Below are positions 59,557-64,000 of a stretch of DNA of 64,000 bases, piece by piece. The notes below the pieces were generated by a model, which had not been told where the DNA came from, did no database searches, and was given only the letters and a program-made list of their open reading frames with translations. Numbering within the stretch: position 1 is the stretch's first letter; each line of letters begins with the position of its first letter. The position numbers and the translations under genes are program-made. Source of the DNA: Promethearchaeia archaeon (GTDB lineage: Archaea > Asgardarchaeota > Lokiarchaeia > Sigyniarchaeales > SOKP01); the NCBI GenBank assembly GCA_029856125.1, contig JAHQWJ010000120.1, positions 64,001 through 128,000 on the forward strand, written 5' to 3'.

Positions 59557-61419
59557 TTAATTTAGGGTTGTATCTTCTTTTTGAACTTTTTTAATAGAAA
59601 TCTCAGCTTTATCTTGATGAGCTGGATCGTAAAGGTAACAAGCTACATAATAATTTGGTTCAACTTCTATGCTTTTTGGTTGCTCTGAATCGCAAGGTTC
59701 AAAACAATATTTACATCGAGGGTGGAATCTGCATCCTGCTGGGGGATAGATTAAATTGGGAACTAGCCCTGAGATAATGTCAAGTCGGTGCCTTTTTTTG
59801 CCCACTACCGGTACGGAACTTATAAGTCCCTTTGTATAGGGATGATAAGGCTTCGAAAATAGCTTTTGAATTTTACCATATTCAACGATAAATCCACTAT
59901 ACATAACAGCAACACGGTCACACATTTTTGAAATAATACCTAAATCGTGAGTGATAAATAGAATTGAAGTATTGTATTTTTTTTTCAGATCTTTCATCAG
60001 TTTTAGAATTTGATTTTGAACCGTAACATCTAATGCGGTAGTGGGTTCATCTGCTATTAGGAGTTTAGGACTGCAAGCTAATCCCATTGCAATTTGAATT
60101 CTCTGTCGCATTCCACCGCTTAATTCATGAGGATATCTATCAATAATTTGCTCTGGAGCTGGAATATTTAATTCTCTTAAAAGATTTTCGCTCCAATCTC
60201 TAGCTATACTATATATACTTTTTTCTGGCTGATTAATGGTTTCCATTAGTAATTCTTTTTCCATATGAAGAAGATATACTTCAGCAATCTGATCTCCTAC
60301 TTTAAAAACGGGATTAATAGAATTAAGAGGATCTTGAAAAATCATAGTAATCTCTTTTCCTCGGTATTCAAGTATTTTTTCGGATTCCTGCAGTAGGTCT
60401 TTGCCTTTAAAGAAAACTTCTCCTTTCATGATTTTTCCAGGTGGACGAACTAATTGAAGAATTGATAAAGCAGTAACAGATTTTCCACAACCAGTTTCAC
60501 CAACAAGACCTACTACCTCTCCTTCAAGGATTTTAAAAGAAACCCCCTCTACAGCACGAACAATTCCTTCTTCCGTATAAAAATAGGTAGTGAGATTTTT
60601 CACATTTAAAATTACTTTTTCGCCTTCTAGAGATTCAGAATTGGCCGTCCTATCTATATCTATTCCTTCCTGAATCTTCAACTTGCTTTTTTCATGCGCT
60701 TTAGGTAAAAATACCTTTTTTGTGAATAGATAAAAAACTAAAACATAAACACCACTAACCACACCAATTAAGATCCGAATATCTTGTTCATATGGCCAAA
60801 TCCCAAGTAATCTGGATAAATACATCTCAAAAATAATGAGTTGAATCGTCCACACTCCTAAAGAAGCAGCACTTCCAATTATTTGACTATTTCTAAGTAC
60901 CTCCTTTGGAAGTCTGATGTCAATCGAGAGAGTTCTATTTAGTATTGAAGTGAGAGCTCCAAGGATAAATACCATTATTATAGCCCAAATTAATCCTAAA
61001 TGTAATAAATCAGCTCCCCTTAAATCAAAATCTTGTATCTCAATCCCTAATAATCCAAAAGATGTATATACTACAGCCGCAATCCAAGTTATAATTAAAA
61101 TTATCACTAACAATTTTTTAAAGAGCTTAGTCTCGCCTTTTCTCCCAAATATATGATGGAATAGGAAAAAGGCTGTTGTCATTATAGCAAAATGTAATGG
61201 TTGGTTATTTAAAATTACAAAAAATTCAAAATAATATCCTAAATTTTCAAATGGTAAGCGTATTCCTAATGATATACCAAGAACTATAAGAATGCTTATA
61301 AGATTACTTTTAAGGCTAACTTCTTTTGGAATTTGATGCTCTTCAGGAAGCCAGTTATTTAATCGATTAATTATTAAAAATAATAATAAAGCTGCTATTA
61401 TAGCTTCAATTAAAGCCAT
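59557..61419 (-). CDS. oppD: OppD/DppD-type ABC ATPase with N-terminal ~7-TM domain
   Basis: GETGCGKS, LSGGMRQR, ADEPTTALD, GCRFHPRC; likely true start ATA 61452. Confidence 0.9.
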   Translation of the reverse strand: MALIEAIIAALLLFLIINRLNNWLPEEHQIPKEVSLKSNLISILIVLGISLGIRLPFENLGYYFEFFVILNNQPLHFAIMTTAFFLFHHIFGRKGETKLFKKLLVIILIITWIAAVVYTSFGLLGIEIQDFDLRGADLLHLGLIWAIIMVFILGALTSILNRTLSIDIRLPKEVLRNSQIIGSAASLGVWTIQLIIFEMYLSRLLGIWPYEQDIRILIGVVSGVYVLVFYLFTKKVFLPKAHEKSKLKIQEGIDIDRTANSESLEGEKVILNVKNLTTYFYTEEGIVRAVEGVSFKILEGEVVGLVGETGCGKSVTALSILQLVRPPGKIMKGEVFFKGKDLLQESEKILEYRGKEITMIFQDPLNSINPVFKVGDQIAEVYLLHMEKELLMETINQPEKSIYSIARDWSENLLRELNIPAPEQIIDRYPHELSGGMRQRIQIAMGLACSPKLLIADEPTTALDVTVQNQILKLMKDLKKKYNTSILFITHDLGIISKMCDRVAVMYSGFIVEYGKIQKLFSKPYHPYTKGLISSVPVVGKKRHRLDIISGLVPNLIYPPAGCRFHPRCKYCFEPCDSEQPKSIEVEPNYYVACYLYDPAHQDKAEISIKKVQKEDTTLN

Positions 61420-61496
61420 AACTATATTTGGTTGGTAAAATTGTAGTAGTATACTAAATCATCTCCGAATTTTCCTTCTCAACTTTTTATAAACCT

Positions 61497-62489
61497 TTAT
61501 ATATGTAAGCGTGGATCTAAAGCATCCCTCATTCCATCACCCAACAACATAAAACCTATGGTAGCAATACCTATGAAAAATCCTGGCCAGACTGCTGCCA
61601 TAAACGCAGTAAATTGTTCTTGAGCCCAATTTATATCTGTTCCCCAATTAGCTACAGTCTGGTCAACTAGCCCAAGCCACGCTAAGCTTGCTATTCCTAG
61701 TATCGTTCGTGCCATCCCCCCAAAAAAGCGAATTATCATTGGGGAGAGCGCATTTGGTACGATATGTTTAAACATTACTTTAAATTTTTTTGCTCCACCA
61801 GTCTTAGCTGCCTTTACGTACACCATTTGTTTTACTTGGAGTACAGTTGATCTCATAAATCGGGTATAAAAGGGTATAAATAATAATCCATACAATGTAA
61901 GTGTAGTGAATAAATCAGTACCTAACATAGGGGCAATGACAATCACAAGAATCATCATTGGAAAAACAAACATTAAATCCACTACACGCATAATTATACT
62001 ATCAACTAAACCTCCAAAATAGGCAGAAATTGTACCAAAAACAAGACCTCCCACTTGAGCTATTATTACAGGGACTAAAGCCATTGAGAGGGTCGTCCTA
62101 GCACCCCAAATTATTCTCGCGAGAATATCGTATCCATAAAAAGTTGTCCCTAATGGATGTTCTGGAGATGGTGGTTCGAAAGGAAGTATTCCTGAAGGAT
62201 AATAGGGTAATGTAACTTCCTGTAACGGAATTTTTGTTAGCCAGGGTGCAAATACTCCAAGCACGACACAAAATAAAACCATTATAATTCCTATTATTGT
62301 TAAGGGTGTTAGAAATCGTCGAAATAGCCTCCTTTTTGATTTTATTTTTTCAATTTCATATTCTTGGGCTGTAATATCGGGATCTCGCCATCCAGGAATA
62401 AGTAGGAATTTTAGATATTTTTTGATCATTGCTTTACGGTTTAGCTTAACCTCTATATCTTTTATTTCAATCTCTTTTACATGTATCAT
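61497..62489 (-). CDS. oppC: OppC/DppC-type ABC permease
   Basis: HPLGT..GYDILAR..WGART, YVKAAKTGG, HIVPN, GDGMRDALDP. Confidence 0.92.
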   Translation of the reverse strand: MIHVKEIEIKDIEVKLNRKAMIKKYLKFLLIPGWRDPDITAQEYEIEKIKSKRRLFRRFLTPLTIIGIIMVLFCVVLGVFAPWLTKIPLQEVTLPYYPSGILPFEPPSPEHPLGTTFYGYDILARIIWGARTTLSMALVPVIIAQVGGLVFGTISAYFGGLVDSIIMRVVDLMFVFPMMILVIVIAPMLGTDLFTTLTLYGLLFIPFYTRFMRSTVLQVKQMVYVKAAKTGGAKKFKVMFKHIVPNALSPMIIRFFGGMARTILGIASLAWLGLVDQTVANWGTDINWAQEQFTAFMAAVWPGFFIGIATIGFMLLGDGMRDALDPRLHI

Positions 62490-62511
62490 AATAATCCCAT
62501 TATTTTATTGC

Positions 62512-63807
62512 TTAATTATAAGTAACTCTTGGATCTATAATTGTATACATAACATCTGTAAGGAGCGTACCAACAAGTATTATTATAGTTGAAAATACTA
62601 ATATCCCTTGTATCACAAAATAGTCTCCCATGAATACTGAACGAACCATATAATACCCTAGACCTGTGTAGTTAAAACTAATCTCTATAAAAAGCGATCC
62701 AAGTAGAGCAGCAGTTGTGTTTCCTATGATGAGAGTACTAGTTGGTAATAAAGAATTTCGAAGAGCGTGCTTGTTCAGGACTGTTTTTTCTTCAACACCT
62801 TTAGCACGAGCCGTTCGAATATAGTCTTGATCAATAACATCTAACATACTTGAACGCGTTTGTCTAGTAATTGGAGCCAAGGATACAAATACCATGCATA
62901 TAACTGGGATAAATAGATGATTTATTGTATCCCATAAATGATGTTGATCATTATATAATATAGCATCAATTATTCTAAATCCCGTACCGTATGAAAACGT
63001 ATATAAAAAAGAAGTTAAGATTATAAGTAGAACTAAGCAAATTGCTATTAATGATCCCCCCCAAATTAAATATTTAGTCCGCTTAGACTTATTTTCTTTC
63101 TCCATAAGTGGCATAACTTTCCTTTTTAATGAAACAGCTCCTTTATATACTAGAACAATACCAATGATCAGAAATAACAACATGGCTAAATAACTCAGCG
63201 TGAATAATGGGGGCGGCGGAACGATAGCTGCTGATGTATAACCCAAATACTCTGGTGCATTTGAGTACATAAGTGGCAGATTAATATCTTCAAAAGTAAG
63301 AATTCTTAGATTGAAGAAAAGCATTTGTAATAGCTTTGCTATAAAAAATACTGGGAAACCTGCTCCAAGAATCGCAACAAAACGTATAAAAATGTCTTTA
63401 TTTTTATTTTTATGCTTTGCGGATGTAACTCCAAGCTTGACAGCAATAATAGGTGCTATTATTATGGGGAGTAACACTAATTCGATTGTTTTAGGCCAAA
63501 CCTTGACAATCATGTCCAATACAGGAGTTCCTGGCATAGCTACATAAGAAACACCCCAATCGCCTGAGAAGAAATTTACCAAATATTTCCAAAGTTTAAT
63601 ATGTACTGGGTCTGTAAACCCCAATCTATCCAACTCTCTTTGGAGTGTAACCTCATCCATTCCAATATTTAATAAACTCATACTAGGGTCTGCCATCATC
63701 ATTTGAGATAACAAAAAAGTGACGATTAAAACAGCTAAAAGCATAGGAAACATAAATAAAATTCGTTTTATGATATATTTTATCATATTAGTTTGTTTTC
63801 GAGCCAT
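62512..63807 (-). CDS. oppB: OppB/DppB-type ABC permease with extra TM hairpin
   Basis: GDWGVS, PKTIEL, RSSMLDVIDQDYIRTARAKG, HALRNS, IDPR. Confidence 0.92.
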   Translation of the reverse strand: MARKQTNMIKYIIKRILFMFPMLLAVLIVTFLLSQMMMADPSMSLLNIGMDEVTLQRELDRLGFTDPVHIKLWKYLVNFFSGDWGVSYVAMPGTPVLDMIVKVWPKTIELVLLPIIIAPIIAVKLGVTSAKHKNKNKDIFIRFVAILGAGFPVFFIAKLLQMLFFNLRILTFEDINLPLMYSNAPEYLGYTSAAIVPPPPLFTLSYLAMLLFLIIGIVLVYKGAVSLKRKVMPLMEKENKSKRTKYLIWGGSLIAICLVLLIILTSFLYTFSYGTGFRIIDAILYNDQHHLWDTINHLFIPVICMVFVSLAPITRQTRSSMLDVIDQDYIRTARAKGVEEKTVLNKHALRNSLLPTSTLIIGNTTAALLGSLFIEISFNYTGLGYYMVRSVFMGDYFVIQGILVFSTIIILVGTLLTDVMYTIIDPRVTYN

Positions 63808-63859
63808 TTTTCCATCCTTTCTATAGTTGCTTTTCTTAAACTAATTAATCCTATTAAAT

Positions 63860-64000
63860 CTAGTTTTTTCTTCTACTTAGCAATTGTTTTACTTTCATAC
63901 CACTAAAGGAACCAGTCATACTAATCAAAAACAAAATTAGAATATTTAAATACCCCTCTCCTCTACCAAATTGCAACACAAAAGGTTCGAGTGAAAGACC
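63860..64000 (-). CDS. C-terminal part of an orfX paralog (membrane protein; truncated by window)
   Basis: Manual translation GLSLEPFVLQFGRGEGYLNILILFLISMTGSFSGMKVKQLLSRRKN* aligns with the C-terminus of 48710..49231. Confidence 0.85.
   Translation of the reverse strand, partial: GLSLEPFVLQFGRGEGYLNILILFLISMTGSFSGMKVKQLLSRRKN

Noticed and set aside
909-63547. Many 60-110 aa ORFs from the track that overlap longer genes
   Set aside because: Antisense or alternate-frame shadows of well-supported CDSs, with no motifs
1-64000. CRISPR arrays, tRNA/rRNA genes, prophage or defence systems
   Set aside because: No regularly spaced repeats, GC-rich structured RNA tracts or recognisable viral or defence proteins seen by eye

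Overview
AT-rich (about 30% GC by eye) chromosomal segment, most likely from an Asgard archaeon of the Lokiarchaeia type. The indicators are a Rab-like small GTPase, HEAT and LRR proteins, IPG-TM-basic C-terminal sorting tails, archaeal GGAGGTGA-type SD sites and T-tract terminators. I found no rRNA, tRNA, CRISPR array or IS element. Layout: 0-8 kb sugar, sulfate and cofactor enzymes; 8-12 kb a small GTPase/TrmB/HEAT/LRR cluster; 12-42 kb acyl-CoA, 4-hydroxybutyrate and ester catabolism plus pyrG; 42-64 kb two paralogous atypical Opp/Dpp-type ABC importers. Main unusual observations: (1) in both ABC clusters both ATPases carry large N-terminal multi-TM domains, the OppB permease has an extra TM hairpin, and a conserved small membrane protein leads the operon; (2) an AbrB-like DNA-binding domain is fused to an acyl-CoA-ligase fold with degenerate catalytic motifs, a candidate pseudoenzyme sensor-regulator; (3) a TTAC-N4-GTAA palindrome sits in seven promoter regions of the lipid/CoA and transport genes, a candidate regulon; (4) paralog comparison supports ATA/ATT start codons; (5) a duplicated acyl-CoA dehydrogenase/crotonase unit has one dehydrogenase copy reduced to a 110-bp deletion remnant. 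All calls come from motif reading by eye; no database search was run.
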